DNA from: an uncultured Verrucomicrobiae bacterium
GTDB lineage: Bacteria > Verrucomicrobiota > Verrucomicrobiia > Limisphaerales > JAFGQR01
Assembly (NCBI GenBank): GCA_963788655.1
Contig: CAWBHS010000062.1
Span: 1-64,000 of the forward strand
DNA: 64,000 nucleotides
Direction: 5' to 3'
The notes under the pieces are model-generated. The model had not been told where the DNA came from. It did no database searches and saw nothing but the letters and a program-made list of their open reading frames with translations. Shown here piece by piece: positions 1 through 10,221 of the stretch. How positions within the stretch are numbered: the first letter of the stretch is position 1; every line of letters begins with the position of its first letter. Made by a program: the position numbers and the translations under genes.

Positions 1-2
1 AT

Positions 3-182
3 CGGCTAAAAATCCTTTGCTATGATGGGTCGGGCTTGTGGATCTACGCCAAACGGCTGGACGCGGGGACGTTCGGCTGGCCCCAGGGCGAAGGCAGCAG
101 TCATTTGCTGCGGCCCGAGGAGCTGAGCCTGCTGGTCCACGGCATTGAGGGCACGCCTCGACGCCATTGGCATCGGCTCTAA
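3..182 (+). CDS. tnpB: IS66 accessory protein TnpB, C-terminal part (5' truncated by window; not in ORF track)
   Basis: Frame +3 reads RLKILCYDGSGLWIYAKRLDAGTFGWP...EELSLLVHGI, matching the IS66 Orf2 pattern KILxWDGxGxWxxxKRLExGxFxWP. Confidence 0.88.
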   Translation, partial: RLKILCYDGSGLWIYAKRLDAGTFGWPQGEGSSHLLRPEELSLLVHGIEGTPRRHWHRL

Positions 183-256
183 AACTTTTTTCTGTGGGGC
201 GCCCAATTCGCCGGACTCGCAAGACGCTTTCTGCCACCGTGCGCCCCGTGGCAGCG

Positions 257-1123
257 ATGCTCAAACTGCAGGGACGCCGGTTGAGGGCTGCGGATGTGGA
301 ACAGATCCGCGGCTTGATCGCCTCGCATCCGGGGTGGCATCGGCAACGGATCTCCCAAGAACTGGCGGAGCAGTGGCAGTGGCGCAACGCGAGGGGACAA
401 CTCAAGGACATGGCCGCCCGGACCCTGCTGCTCAAGCTGCAGGCGCGCGGTTTGGTGAACTTGCCGCCCCGCCGCCGACCACCGGTCCCGCGCCGGCGCG
501 CCCAACGCCCCGCCCCATCGTCGGCACCCCCGCAACCGGTCCAGGTCAGCTTGACCGATTTGGCCCCGCTGAGCGTGGAGGAAGTCAGCCGAGAGCCTGC
601 CGGACGCCGACTCCTGGACCGGGCTCTTCGAGAGTTTCATTATCTGGGCCACGGGGGCACCGTGGGCGAAAATCTGCAATACTGCCTCAAAGACCGAGCC
701 GATCGGCCGCTGGCCTGGGCGGTGTTCGGCGCGCCGGCTTGGAAGTGCCAGGACCGGGACCGGTTCATCGGCTGGAGGGTCGAACAAAGCGAACGCCATC
801 TGGCGCTCATCGCCAATAACACGCGCCTGCTCATCGTGCCCTGGCTCCAGGCGCCGGGATTGGGCAGTTGGTTCTTAAGTCGGATCAGCCGACGGATCCA
901 AGCCGATTGGCAGCGCAAGTATGGACATTCGGTGGCACTCCTGGAGACCTTCGTCCAAGCGAGCCGTTTCCGCGGCACGGTCTACCAAGCCGCCAATTGG
1001 CGCCGGGTGGGTTGGACCAAGGGGCGCACCCGCCAAGACCGCGAACGCACGATCCAGGCGCCGGTTAAAGCGGTTTACGTGTATCCGCTGCAAGCCCATT
1101 TCCGGGAGGTCCTCTGCGCATGA
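257..1123 (+). CDS. DUF4338 (DruA-like) domain protein inside IS66
   Basis: Motifs HYLG..VGENLQY, FGAPAWKCQDRDRFIGW, IANNTRLLIVPW, DWQRKYG..LLETFV..RFRGTVYQAANWRRVGWTKGR. ATG at 257 chosen; the stop overlaps the tnpC start (ATGA). Confidence 0.82.
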   Translation: MLKLQGRRLRAADVEQIRGLIASHPGWHRQRISQELAEQWQWRNARGQLKDMAARTLLLKLQARGLVNLPPRRRPPVPRRRAQRPAPSSAPPQPVQVSLTDLAPLSVEEVSREPAGRRLLDRALREFHYLGHGGTVGENLQYCLKDRADRPLAWAVFGAPAWKCQDRDRFIGWRVEQSERHLALIANNTRLLIVPWLQAPGLGSWFLSRISRRIQADWQRKYGHSVALLETFVQASRFRGTVYQAANWRRVGWTKGRTRQDRERTIQAPVKAVYVYPLQAHFREVLCA

Positions 1124-2734
1124 AAGAGCAGGAGGCCCTGCGTCGTCAACGGCAGCGGACCGAGCAGGCCCTGGCCGCCGCGCAGCAGGCCCTGCAGCAA
1201 CGCGACGAGCAGTTGCGGCAGACCCGCCAGGAACTGGAGGCGCACCAGCGGAAGCTGGCGGAGGCCCAGGCGATCATCGCCGATCTGAAGCAACAGCTCT
1301 TTGGTTCGAAAGCCGAGAAACTCAAACGCCGAGCAGGAAGCGCAACTGCACAAGCTGGCCAACGACCTCCAAGCGCAGGCCCAGGGTCCGGAGCCGCTGA
1401 GCCAGGAGGTGGTGGAGGCGGAGCAGAAGCAGGAGCGGGACGAACAGCGGCAGCGCAAAAAGAACCGCCGGAAGCGCCGCCATCTGCCGCCGGTCCAACT
1501 GGAAAAGCGAACCGAGGTTTTGGAGCCCCAGGACAAGTTCTGCCCCACCACCGGCCAACCCCGACCGCGCATCGGCCAGGAGGTCACCACCGAATATGAA
1601 TTCGAGCCGGCCAAGTTGATCATCAAAGAAACCGTCCGGCCCAAATACGGCGAGTGCGGGAAGGACTGCTGCTCGGGCGTGACCGTGGCGCCCCTGCCGC
1701 CGCGCTTGCTGCCGCAAAGCAAGCTCGGGCTGGGCCTGGCGGTGTTTCTGTTGCTCAGTCGCTTTGACGACCACATCGCCTACTACACGTTGGAACGGAA
1801 TTTTCGGGAGCGATTGGGCGTGGTGATCTCGCGCCAGCAAATGGTGCAGTGGGTCGAAAAGATCGCGCATTTGCTCCTGGCGATTTACTGGGCGATCTGG
1901 GAGGAACTCAAGTCGGGGAACTACCTGCAAGTCGACGAGACGCCCGTCAAAGTGCTCGATCCGGAAGTGCGCGGCAAAGCGGCCACCGGCTATCTTTGGT
2001 TTTACTCAGCGCCGCAGGGGGACGTGCGCTTGGAGTTCTGCGGCGGCCGGGGGCGGGATGGACCCGCCGCCCGGCTCGAGGGATTTGAGGGCACCATCCA
2101 AAGCGACGGCTACACCGTCTACGAGTCGCTGCGGCGAGGGAGTGGCGGGCGCCTGAAACGCATCGGTTGCCTGGGACATGCGCGGCGCCGTTTCTACAAA
2201 GCGCTCCAGGAATCACTCCAAGACGGGCTCTGGTTTATCCTGAAGATTCGGGAGCTCTATCGCATTGAAGACTCCCTGCGAGAGGCCTCGTTTGAGGAAC
2301 GGCGCCGCGTCCGCTTGGCTCGCACGCCGGCCATCTGGCGAGAGATGAAGCACCGCGCCGAACAGTTGCGCAAAGATCCACGGGTATTGCCGGCCAGCAC
2401 GCTGGGCAAGGCGGCCCGTTACTTCCTCAAGGAGTATACCGCGATGGTCGGATATCTGCGCGACGGGCGGTTCGAAATGGATAACAATCTCGTCGAAAAC
2501 GACGTGAGGCCTTCGGCGCTCGGCCGCCGCCGGTGGCTATTCATTGGGCATCCGGACGCCGGTTGGCGCAGTGCGGTCATTTACACCATCATCCAGAGCT
2601 GCCGGCGGCGAGACATCAATCCCCAGGAGTACCTGACCGACGGGCTGCGGCGCCTGCCCTCAATGAATGCGGCCGAGGTGAAGGAGTTAACGCCCAGCCG
2701 TTGGAAGCCCGTCCAGCCGGCAGCCACCCCATAG
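1120..2734 (+). CDS. tnpC: IS66 DDE transposase TnpC, one frameshift near 1322
   Basis: Coiled-coil N-terminus ending LFGSKAEKL, then in another frame LQVDETPVKVL, IQSDGY, CLGHARRRF, MDNNLVENDVRP..LGRRRWLF, INPQEYL. Confidence 0.92.
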
Positions 2735-2854
2735 CTTGGTGCTCGGCAGTTCATAGCCCCCGCTGCGCGATCCGTTCGCACCGGCCGGGCTGCCCCTTGG
2801 CCACCGTGCGCCGCCACCGCCTAGTGCCCCCCACGCACCTCCGTTAACGCTTAC

Positions 2855-3199
2855 GAAATAACCGGTGCCCGAGCCATCCACCACCAGCGATTTGTACCGG
2901 CCGCTGAACAAATGCCCAAAGAGCTGGTATCGCCGGTTGAAGCGCCTGGTATGGACACCCCAAAGCCATTTCATCCCCGCCACCAGGTTGGGTTGGGGCG
3001 TTTCGACGACCAGATGGAAGTGATTGGCCATCAGACACAGTGCATGCACCTGCCAACCGGTGCGTTGACAGCATTGCCCCAGGATTTCAATGAACGCCTC
3101 CCGATCGGGATCATCATGGAAAATCGCCTCGCGCCGGTCACCCCGGCTCATCAAATGGTAAAGGGCACCTGCATACTGGATGCGGAGCTTGCGCGCCAG
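2855..3199 (-). pseudogene. REP-associated tyrosine (Y1/HUH) transposase-like gene, 5' part, interrupted by IS66
   Basis: ARKLRIQYAGALYHLMSRGDRREAIF..DREAF, CLMANHFHLVVET (HUH), RRFNRR..GHLFSGRYKS. Homology ends at GYF, where the IS66 end begins. Confidence 0.85.
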
Positions 3200-3628
3200 G
3201 GGAAAAGCCTGGTGGAACGGCCACGATTGTCGATCGTGACACCTTTTTATCACGTTGCCACCATGGCGACTGCGGACTGCTGTTAGCCCACCAATTTTAC
3301 GCCTCGAGGTTTATGGAATCCGAGGGCCCATGCGCGCCATGCGGCATGTGGTAGCCTACATGGTCATCCGGTTTGAGGTTCTGAGCTGCCACTTTTTTTT
3401 GCGCGCCCGGAAGTTTGTGTGCGTTATACCGGCGGTAATACCCCTCGGCACTTACTGCTCATTGGGGGTCCGAAGCGCGAAATTATTCGGGATGTTCTCG
3501 AAGCAGACGCGGACACGGTTCTCACACGGCGAGTTAGCATCCCGACTTTCGGCTGGCATGATCGAACAATCACGCTAGTTTTAAGCCCGTTACACCCGTG
3601 GTTGCCCAACAATGAATCTGAAATCGTC

Positions 3629-5143
3629 ATGAACGGAATGTCCAGCATCGACATTGCCGTGTTGCTAATCTATCTGGCCGGCATGGTGGCGATGGGCTTT
3701 TGGTTCAGTCGCCGCAGTGGCACGCCCCAACAATTCATGGCCGCCAGCGGTGCGGTGCCGGGCTGGGCGGTGGGGCTCTCGATCTTTGGCACGTACGTGA
3801 GCAGCATTAGTTTCCTGGCGCTGCCGGGCAAAGCGTTTGGCCGCGATTGGAATGCCTTCGTTTTCAGCCTGGCCATCCCGCTGCCAACATGGGTGGCGGT
3901 TCGCTATTTCGTGCCGTTTTTCCGTCGCAGCGGCGAGGTGTCGGCCTACCAGCACCTCGAACATCGCTTCGGCCCGTGGGCGCGAACCTATGCCGTCATC
4001 TGTTACCTCCTGACGCAACTGGCGCGGATGGGCACCATTATGTATTTGCTCGCCCTCGCCCTGGCGCCCTTGACGGGTTGGAGCTTGGTGACGTTGATCC
4101 TGGTCACCGGCGTCATCACCATCGTTTACACGTTCGTCGGCGGCATCGAGGCGGTCATCTGGGCGGACGTGGTGCAGAGTCTGGTGCTGATCGGAGGCGC
4201 ACTGGCTTGCGTGGCCATCCTGGCGTTCGGTATGCCGCACGGGCCGGCGCAAATTTTTCAAATCGCGGCGGAGCATCACAAGTTTGGCCTGGGCAGCTTC
4301 GGACTGAACGTATCGCAAGCCACGTTCTGGGTCGTGCTGGGGTACGGCTTCTTCATCAACCTGCAAAACTTCGGCATCGATCAAAGCTACGTCCAACGTT
4401 ACGCCGCCGCGCGTTCGGAACGGGAAGCCACCAAGAGCGTCTGGCTGGGCGCGTTGTTGTACCTGCCCATCTCGGCCGTGTTCCTGTTCATCGGCACCGC
4501 GTTGTTTGCTTACTACACCGCTCACCCGGAACTGTTGCCGGCCACCCTTGACGCCCAGGCCAAACCAGACGCCGTGTTTCCTCACTTCATCAATTCGGCG
4601 TTGCCGGTGGGCTTGAGCGGCCTGGTGATCGCCGCCATCTTTGCCGCCGCCCAATCCACCCTGGCCAGTTCGATCAATTGTTCGGCCACGCTGACGTTGT
4701 GCGACCTATACCGGCGCTATTGGCGCCCCATGGCTTCGGATCGAGAATCCATGCGGGTGCTACGGGTGGCCACCGTAGGATTTGGCACCGCCGGTACGCT
4801 GACGGCCCTGGCCATGATCCGCGTGAAAAGCGCGCTGGATGCCTGGTGGAGCCTGGCGAGTGTTTTCAGCGGCGGCATGCTGGGCTTGTTTCTGTTGGGA
4901 TTGATCTCCCGGCGCGCCTCCAATCCGGCGGCCGCCACGGGCGTCATCCTCGGGGTGCTGGTGATCAGTTGGATGAGCTTGTCGCCCCATTGGACCGGAA
5001 CGCTGGAACCATTCCGCAGCCCCTTCCACAATTTCATGGCCATCGTGATCGGCACGTTGACCATTCTGCTGGTGGGTATGGTGGTGAGCGGACTGCTCCC
5101 CAGAAAGGCCCGTTCCGCGACCTCAACCAACCAATCCCATTGA
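3629..5143 (+). CDS. Sodium:solute symporter (SSS family)
   Basis: Multiple hydrophobic helices; [63 protein letters not shown]. Confidence 0.92.
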   Translation: MNGMSSIDIAVLLIYLAGMVAMGFWFSRRSGTPQQFMAASGAVPGWAVGLSIFGTYVSSISFLALPGKAFGRDWNAFVFSLAIPLPTWVAVRYFVPFFRRSGEVSAYQHLEHRFGPWARTYAVICYLLTQLARMGTIMYLLALALAPLTGWSLVTLILVTGVITIVYTFVGGIEAVIWADVVQSLVLIGGALACVAILAFGMPHGPAQIFQIAAEHHKFGLGSFGLNVSQATFWVVLGYGFFINLQNFGIDQSYVQRYAAARSEREATKSVWLGALLYLPISAVFLFIGTALFAYYTAHPELLPATLDAQAKPDAVFPHFINSALPVGLSGLVIAAIFAAAQSTLASSINCSATLTLCDLYRRYWRPMASDRESMRVLRVATVGFGTAGTLTALAMIRVKSALDAWWSLASVFSGGMLGLFLLGLISRRASNPAAATGVILGVLVISWMSLSPHWTGTLEPFRSPFHNFMAIVIGTLTILLVGMVVSGLLPRKARSATSTNQSH

Positions 5144-5173
5144 AAATCATTTTCTGAATTCCATCCCATCCTT

Positions 5174-6106
5174 ATGAATGCCGAACCAATTCCCCAACCG
5201 ATTTGCGGTATCATCCCGCCCATGATCACTCCGTTGCTCGACCGCGACAAACTCGACGTAGCCGGCCTCGAAAAAGTGATCGAGCACCTTCTGGCCGGAG
5301 GCGTGCATGGTCTGTTTATTCTGGGCACCACCGGGGAAGGTCCGAGCCTGAGCCATGCGTTGCGCCAGGAATTGATCGAGCGCACCTGCCAACAGGTCAA
5401 CCGGCGCGTCCCGGTACTGGTGGGCATCACCGACACCGCATTCATCGAATCAGTCACCCTGGCCTACCACGCCGCCGATTGTGGCGCGGACGCCGTCGTG
5501 CTGGCGCCGCCCTATTACATGCCCGAGGGCCAACCGGAATTGCGCGAATACCTGGCTCACCTGTTGCCAGAATTGGGGCTGCCGCTCTTTCTCTACAACA
5601 TGCCCCCGCTCACGAAAGTGCCGTTCGAGATCGAAACCGTGCGCTGGGCGATGGACCAACCGCCGATCGTGGGCATCAAAGACAGTTCCGGCGACATGGG
5701 CTATTTCCACCAACTCTGCCAACAGCAACCGCGCCGCCCGGATTGGACCCTGCTCGTCGGACCGGAACACTTGTTGGCGGAAGCCGTCCTGCTCGGCGGA
5801 CACGGCGGCGTCAATGGCGGCGCAAACCTTTATCCGGCCTTGTATGTAAAGTTGTATGACGCCGCCCGCGCCGGGGACTTGCCGCGAGTGCGGGAATTGC
5901 ACGCGCGAGTGCTCAAAGTGTCTGAACGACTCTACCGCGTGGGCAAACATCCTTCCGCTGTCATCAAAGGCATCAAGTGCGCTGCCGCGTGCCTGGGACT
6001 GTGCAACGATTTCATGGCGGAACCATTCCATCGCTTCCGCGAGCCGGAGCGGAACGTAATCGAACAAGCCGTGAAAGATTTGGCAGCGGTGGCGGCAGTG
6101 GACTGA
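5174..6106 (+). CDS. Dihydrodipicolinate synthase / N-acetylneuraminate lyase family protein
   Basis: GIIPPMITP, GLFILGTTGEG, LFLYNMP, GIKDSSGD (Schiff-base Lys). Confidence 0.9.
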   Translation: MNAEPIPQPICGIIPPMITPLLDRDKLDVAGLEKVIEHLLAGGVHGLFILGTTGEGPSLSHALRQELIERTCQQVNRRVPVLVGITDTAFIESVTLAYHAADCGADAVVLAPPYYMPEGQPELREYLAHLLPELGLPLFLYNMPPLTKVPFEIETVRWAMDQPPIVGIKDSSGDMGYFHQLCQQQPRRPDWTLLVGPEHLLAEAVLLGGHGGVNGGANLYPALYVKLYDAARAGDLPRVRELHARVLKVSERLYRVGKHPSAVIKGIKCAAACLGLCNDFMAEPFHRFREPERNVIEQAVKDLAAVAAVD

Positions 6107-6292
6107 CCGCCAGCGACGCCGCTGCTGAACCGTATCACCCCAGCTTCGAAACCACCGAGCAGGCTTGACGGCCTGAGATCGCGCCCCCCAGTTTGGGATT
6201 CGGATCCCGGGGGGTAAATACCGCCAGATTGTCACCGGCAATTTCCCTTTACAGGCAATAAGTGTCCGTGTACCTGTTAATGAGGTTCGCGT

Positions 6293-7039
6293 ATGAAGAA
6301 TGGATTGATCCTGCTGCTCTGGCTGAGCGCGTTGACCGCGAACGGCCAATCCGGCTTCGGCTCCGGTTCGCGGTTTGACTATTTCAACCGCCACCGGTTG
6401 TCGTCCCGCAGTCCGTTGCTGGAAGCTTACGAGATGGAACTGAGCATTCTCGAAAAGCAAGCGATTCGCCGGCGAAAGAAATTGCCAGTCAACGAGCCGG
6501 GGGAATTGGCCGGTTGGTTGATTTCGATTCAGACCAACGCCTTTTTTCTCAAACGCCGGTGGCAGGAATGGTATGAGCAAAACCCGGCCTACGCCGGCGG
6601 CACGCCCAACGTCATCCTGGACGATTATTTGCGCAGCATAACGCGCAGCAACGAACTGTTGACAAAAGCCGCAAACGAAAAGCCGGACCGCCAACTCGAA
6701 TTGGTACGGGACGTAGCACTGGACCTACAAATCAAGGCGGACAATTGCCGCAACTCCAAGGATGGCTTGGGCAAGATCATTCGCGTGCAAATCCGCACCA
6801 AGCACGACACTCAGGAAGTTCCCGGCTACGAGGTGTGGTATGTACAAAAAGGCTACTACGATGTTCCCAGCGCGCACGAACGGTTTCATCAACAAAGCAG
6901 CCCAACGGACTCGTTGAGCCTGTGGCCTGGCCGCTACGCGATATGGGTGCGCAAAGACGACTTCACCGGAAAACCGGCGACGATTCGAATTGGCGGCCAG
7001 GGCCAAAAGGAAATCGTCGTGGATTTGGAAGTTCCCTGA
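6293..7039 (+). CDS. Hypothetical secreted protein
   Basis: 248-aa ORF with a signal-peptide-like N-terminus; first of four tightly spaced co-oriented genes. Confidence 0.7.
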   Translation: MKNGLILLLWLSALTANGQSGFGSGSRFDYFNRHRLSSRSPLLEAYEMELSILEKQAIRRRKKLPVNEPGELAGWLISIQTNAFFLKRRWQEWYEQNPAYAGGTPNVILDDYLRSITRSNELLTKAANEKPDRQLELVRDVALDLQIKADNCRNSKDGLGKIIRVQIRTKHDTQEVPGYEVWYVQKGYYDVPSAHERFHQQSSPTDSLSLWPGRYAIWVRKDDFTGKPATIRIGGQGQKEIVVDLEVP

Positions 7040-7054
7040 TCCCGCAGCCCGCGC

Positions 7055-7657
7055 ATGGCCAAGACGAATCCAGTTCAGACCTGGCTCAAGCAAAGCCGAA
7101 AATCGTGGGCGGTGCTGGCGCAAGCGTCGGCTTGGGTGCTGGCGCTGGTGGGTGGATTCCTGCTGCCTCCGCCCACGGGCGGGTGGGGCGAAGCGGACAA
7201 AACCTGGCTGCGCTTTGGGCAGTTCTTTGTCGCGGTGTTGGTCGGTTTGATTTTCGTGCCGGTGTGGAAGTGGAAACAGAAAAAACACGCCCTGGGCTGG
7301 TGGGAAGCCGCAATGGTTTCGTTGGTTTTGGCGACCGGTGGTTTTTTCACCTACCAGTCGCTGACCGTCCGCTGGACGGGATATTTTTTTGAGGACAAAG
7401 TATTGCTCGGTTCGGAATACACCGACGTCGGTCGCACGTATGTGGAAAAACATCCCAACCTGCCGGTTCACTTGCTGCTGGAAGATTTCCTGGGACGAGC
7501 CGACGATATTTGGACGCACGAATCGATCACGCGGCGGCGGCTGATTCTCTCCGGGCTTTACCTCGGGTGCCTGCCCCTGCTGGCCGTGTGCCTTATTTCC
7601 GTGGTCCAAGCCAGCCAGTGTCTGAGCAGTACGCCTCCCAAAACGCACGCCCACTAG
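7055..7657 (+). CDS. Hypothetical membrane protein
   Basis: About four hydrophobic segments; 15 bp downstream of the previous gene. Confidence 0.7.
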   Translation: MAKTNPVQTWLKQSRKSWAVLAQASAWVLALVGGFLLPPPTGGWGEADKTWLRFGQFFVAVLVGLIFVPVWKWKQKKHALGWWEAAMVSLVLATGGFFTYQSLTVRWTGYFFEDKVLLGSEYTDVGRTYVEKHPNLPVHLLLEDFLGRADDIWTHESITRRRLILSGLYLGCLPLLAVCLISVVQASQCLSSTPPKTHAH

Positions 7658-7666
7658 TCCGGATTC

Positions 7667-7936
7667 ATGGCCAAAACGCTGCGCATTGTTGCCTTGATGA
7701 TTGCCCTTACGGTGCTGTTGTGGTGGCTGCTCGCCGGCGCCAATCGAGGCTGGACCAAGACCAGCGTAGCCGTCACCACCGTGGACGAAGTCACGGGCAT
7801 CGAAGGCATCGCCTACGTGAAACGCTTTGTGCCGGGTGTGGATTTTCTCGGGGGCGGACTCCTGGGAGCAGGATTCCTGGCGGCCCTCTCCGTTTGGTTC
7901 CGCAAAACGCAATCCAAAACTAAAATCGAAAACTGA
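7667..7936 (+). CDS. Small hypothetical membrane protein
   Basis: Two hydrophobic segments; operon-like spacing. Confidence 0.65.
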   Translation: MAKTLRIVALMIALTVLLWWLLAGANRGWTKTSVAVTTVDEVTGIEGIAYVKRFVPGVDFLGGGLLGAGFLAALSVWFRKTQSKTKIEN

Positions 7937-7953
7937 CACGGAAAGTACTGAAA

Positions 7954-8559
7954 ATGAAATTACTCACGCTCCTTCTCCTGACCTGCACGGCCACGTTGGC
8001 GCTGGCGGCGCCCCAGACCTTCGACTTCAAGGATCCCAAAGGCGTCAACAATGCCGTATTCAAACTCGATGCCCCGCTTGAGGCCATCAATGGCAGCGCG
8101 AATGGCATCTCCGGCGCGGTGACTTACGACCCGGAAAATCCCGCGGCGACCCAAGGCAAAATCGTCGTCGCCAGCGCTTCATTGCACGTTCCCAATCCCA
8201 TCATGAAAGGCCATTTGCAGAGCGATAAATGGTTGGACGTGGCCAAGTACCCGGAAATCTCGTTCGTGGCCAAGCAACTCGAACACGTGAAGACCAGCGG
8301 AAACACCACCTCGGCCGATGCGCGCGGCACGTTCACACTAAAAGGAGTGGCGAAGCCGATGACCGTTCCCGTCAAGCTGACCTATTTGAAAGACAAATTG
8401 CAGGCCCGCGTGCCCAACCTCAAAGGCGATTTGCTGGTCATCCGCGCGAACTTCACCATCCGGCGCGGCGATTTCAACCTCATGCCCGGCCAGTTCGAAG
8501 ACAAAGTCTCGGACACCATCGATCTCACGCTCAGTATCGCCGGAGCCGCCCCCCGCTGA
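7954..8559 (+). CDS. YceI family lipid/polyisoprenoid-binding protein
   Basis: Signal peptide; HLQSDKWLDVAKYPEISF, GTFTLKGVAKPMTVPV, FTIRRGDF. Confidence 0.88.
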   Translation: MKLLTLLLLTCTATLALAAPQTFDFKDPKGVNNAVFKLDAPLEAINGSANGISGAVTYDPENPAATQGKIVVASASLHVPNPIMKGHLQSDKWLDVAKYPEISFVAKQLEHVKTSGNTTSADARGTFTLKGVAKPMTVPVKLTYLKDKLQARVPNLKGDLLVIRANFTIRRGDFNLMPGQFEDKVSDTIDLTLSIAGAAPR

Positions 8560-8681
8560 CCGTCGGAACGGTTATCAAAGTCGGACCAGTATCCTCCGAG
8601 CCCAAATTTGCAAAGGAAGTCCACTATTGGCTCGAATCCCCAATCACGGCTCATTGTTCTCCCGACCGCCAAGTAGTCGAT

Positions 8682-9741
8682 TTATTTCAGCAGCTCAACC
8701 ATGGCTTTTCCCATGGCCTCGCCGACGTTCATGTAGGTCTCCGCGTTGCCATTGTAATGGCCGCCGGAACTCCCCCCTTTCGATAGCGGAGTGGCTGTAC
8801 ACGGTGGCAACGTTGCCCTTGAATTCCGGGTACTTGCCTGACTTGCCATCAACCGCGAACATGGCCTCAAGGAGTTTCCCCCCGTTGTCGCTGGCCCCCT
8901 TCTCGGTCTGGCCCAGCGTGGCGCAGACGAACTTGGCGTTGGGCGCGTCGAAGTCTTTGCGAAGCTGCTTGATGAGATGGACCAGGTTCCTCTCATATCG
9001 GCTGGCGAGCGCGCCACTGCGGCTGTCCCGATCCCCCTGCCACCAGAAGAACCCGGCGACCTCGTATTCCTTGGCCCCGGGATAGTAGGTATCCAGCTCC
9101 TCCAGCACTTTTTTCGCTCGGGCAATATCGCCGTCGTATTGCATGCCGGCGTACCAGCCGATCTTCTTCGGCTCCGTCCCTTTTTCCCAGCGCTCGGGCG
9201 ACCCCTTGTATCCGGGATGAATCCAAGTGACGCCCTTCTCGTCGGTGAACTCAAAGCCCTCGCTGCCCGGCGGCAGCAGGTCCCAGCCGAGGGCGCGATT
9301 GCCAATACAACTCTTGAGGAGGAGCACGGGCTCGTCGATGGCCTGCCCCAGGTAATACCCGATGCCGATCTCCGGACCAATTCTTCCGCCCGAGATGGTC
9401 AGCCATTCGTTGTTGAAGACCCGCATGGCGCCGGTGCCGCTTCCCATGACCCGCACGTTGCGAACATCTTTGCGGACGGTCCACGCGCCCGTGTCATCGA
9501 CCAGGTAAGGATAGAGCTTTTTCTCTTTCACCGCGTATTCGAGCGAGCCATCACCACCCTTGGTTTTTCCGAAGCCCAGCATGTTTGACTGCCCCAGAAG
9601 AATAAATACTTTTACCGGCTTACTCTCGTCGGCCGGCTTGCCGTCTGGATCGGGCAGTTGTGCGTGCAGGGAGGGGGCGGCCAGGAGAAAAAGCCCGAGC
9701 AGAGAGGCCCAAGAGTTCATTGTGTTTTTTTGCATATTCAT
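8682..9741 (-). CDS. Sialate O-acetylesterase (SASA / SGNH) domain protein, frameshift near 8780
   Basis: VFILLGQSNMLG, IGPEIGIG, FFWWQGDRD; C-terminus GHYNGNAETYMNVGEAMGKAMVELLK lies in a different frame ending at 8682. Confidence 0.82.
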
Positions 9742-9782
9742 TTCTTTCGGGTGGAACGGGACTATAGCCGACTTGATATAGC

Positions 9783-10010
9783 TCATGTCAAGTTGGATGG
9801 GGTTTTCTCCAGGCCCTGCGGCTCCGGGCCGGGGTGGGGATTGCCAGTCGCCTGGGGCAAGGAACCACGCAGTAGATTGATGGCATACTTGCGCGCGCAA
9901 CCGTGGTCCTCGTACAGCTCGTCGAGCATCCGGCTTTTGCCCTCGCGATTTCGCCGGGCATACCGGGCCTGTTGCTTGGGCAACCAATTTGTTTTCAGCG
10001 CTTGACTCAT
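9783..10010 (-). pseudogene. N-terminal remnant of an integrase-core (IS481/ISNCY-like) transposase
   Basis: MSQALK..QARYARRNREGKSRMLDELYEDHGCARKYAINLL resembles the RYxxAxxxEKxxILDEFxxxxGYxRKYAIRLL N-terminus; no catalytic domain follows. Confidence 0.6.
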
Positions 10011-10221
10011 GTTCAATCGCGCTGGATTTCCAGTGTCTTTTTTCCATGACTCAACGACCCCTTTGGCCTCCTCCCAGAATTTCTCCCCCGGTATCTTTTT
10101 ATTTGAGTCAACGCGTGATTGCATTTGGCGCCATCATTTGGCTTTCTTGTGCCCCGCGCTTCTGGTGGACTAAGAAGCTTGCTTTACAGTTTGCATCAAT
10201 CGAAACACGCTCCGCGTAACT

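Larger units (their letters stand above)
1..2854 (+). mobile_element. IS66-family element, left end outside the window: tnpB(3' part)-DUF4338-tnpC
   Basis: TnpB and TnpC motifs are present. The right end ...CCGTTAACGCTTAC at 2854 (reverse complement GTAAGCG..., typical of IS66 termini) coincides with the point where the neighbouring RAYT-like ORF loses similarity. Confidence 0.9.

Noticed and set aside
257..1123. Complete Druantia defence system
   Set aside because: Only a DUF4338 gene is present; no DruE-like helicase or other dru genes.
1301..1330. Programmed frameshift in tnpC
   Set aside because: No clear slippery heptamer, and similar single-base breaks occur throughout the window.
3419..3628. 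N-terminal extension of the SSS transporter in the ORF track
   Set aside because: Family similarity starts at the ATG near 3629; the extension is probably an open frame upstream of the real start.
5450..6694. Long antisense ORFs here and opposite many genes (e.g. 10291-11775, 17027-18646, 36509-38023)
   Set aside because: Shadow frames expected in GC-rich coding DNA; they overlap well-supported genes and lack motifs.
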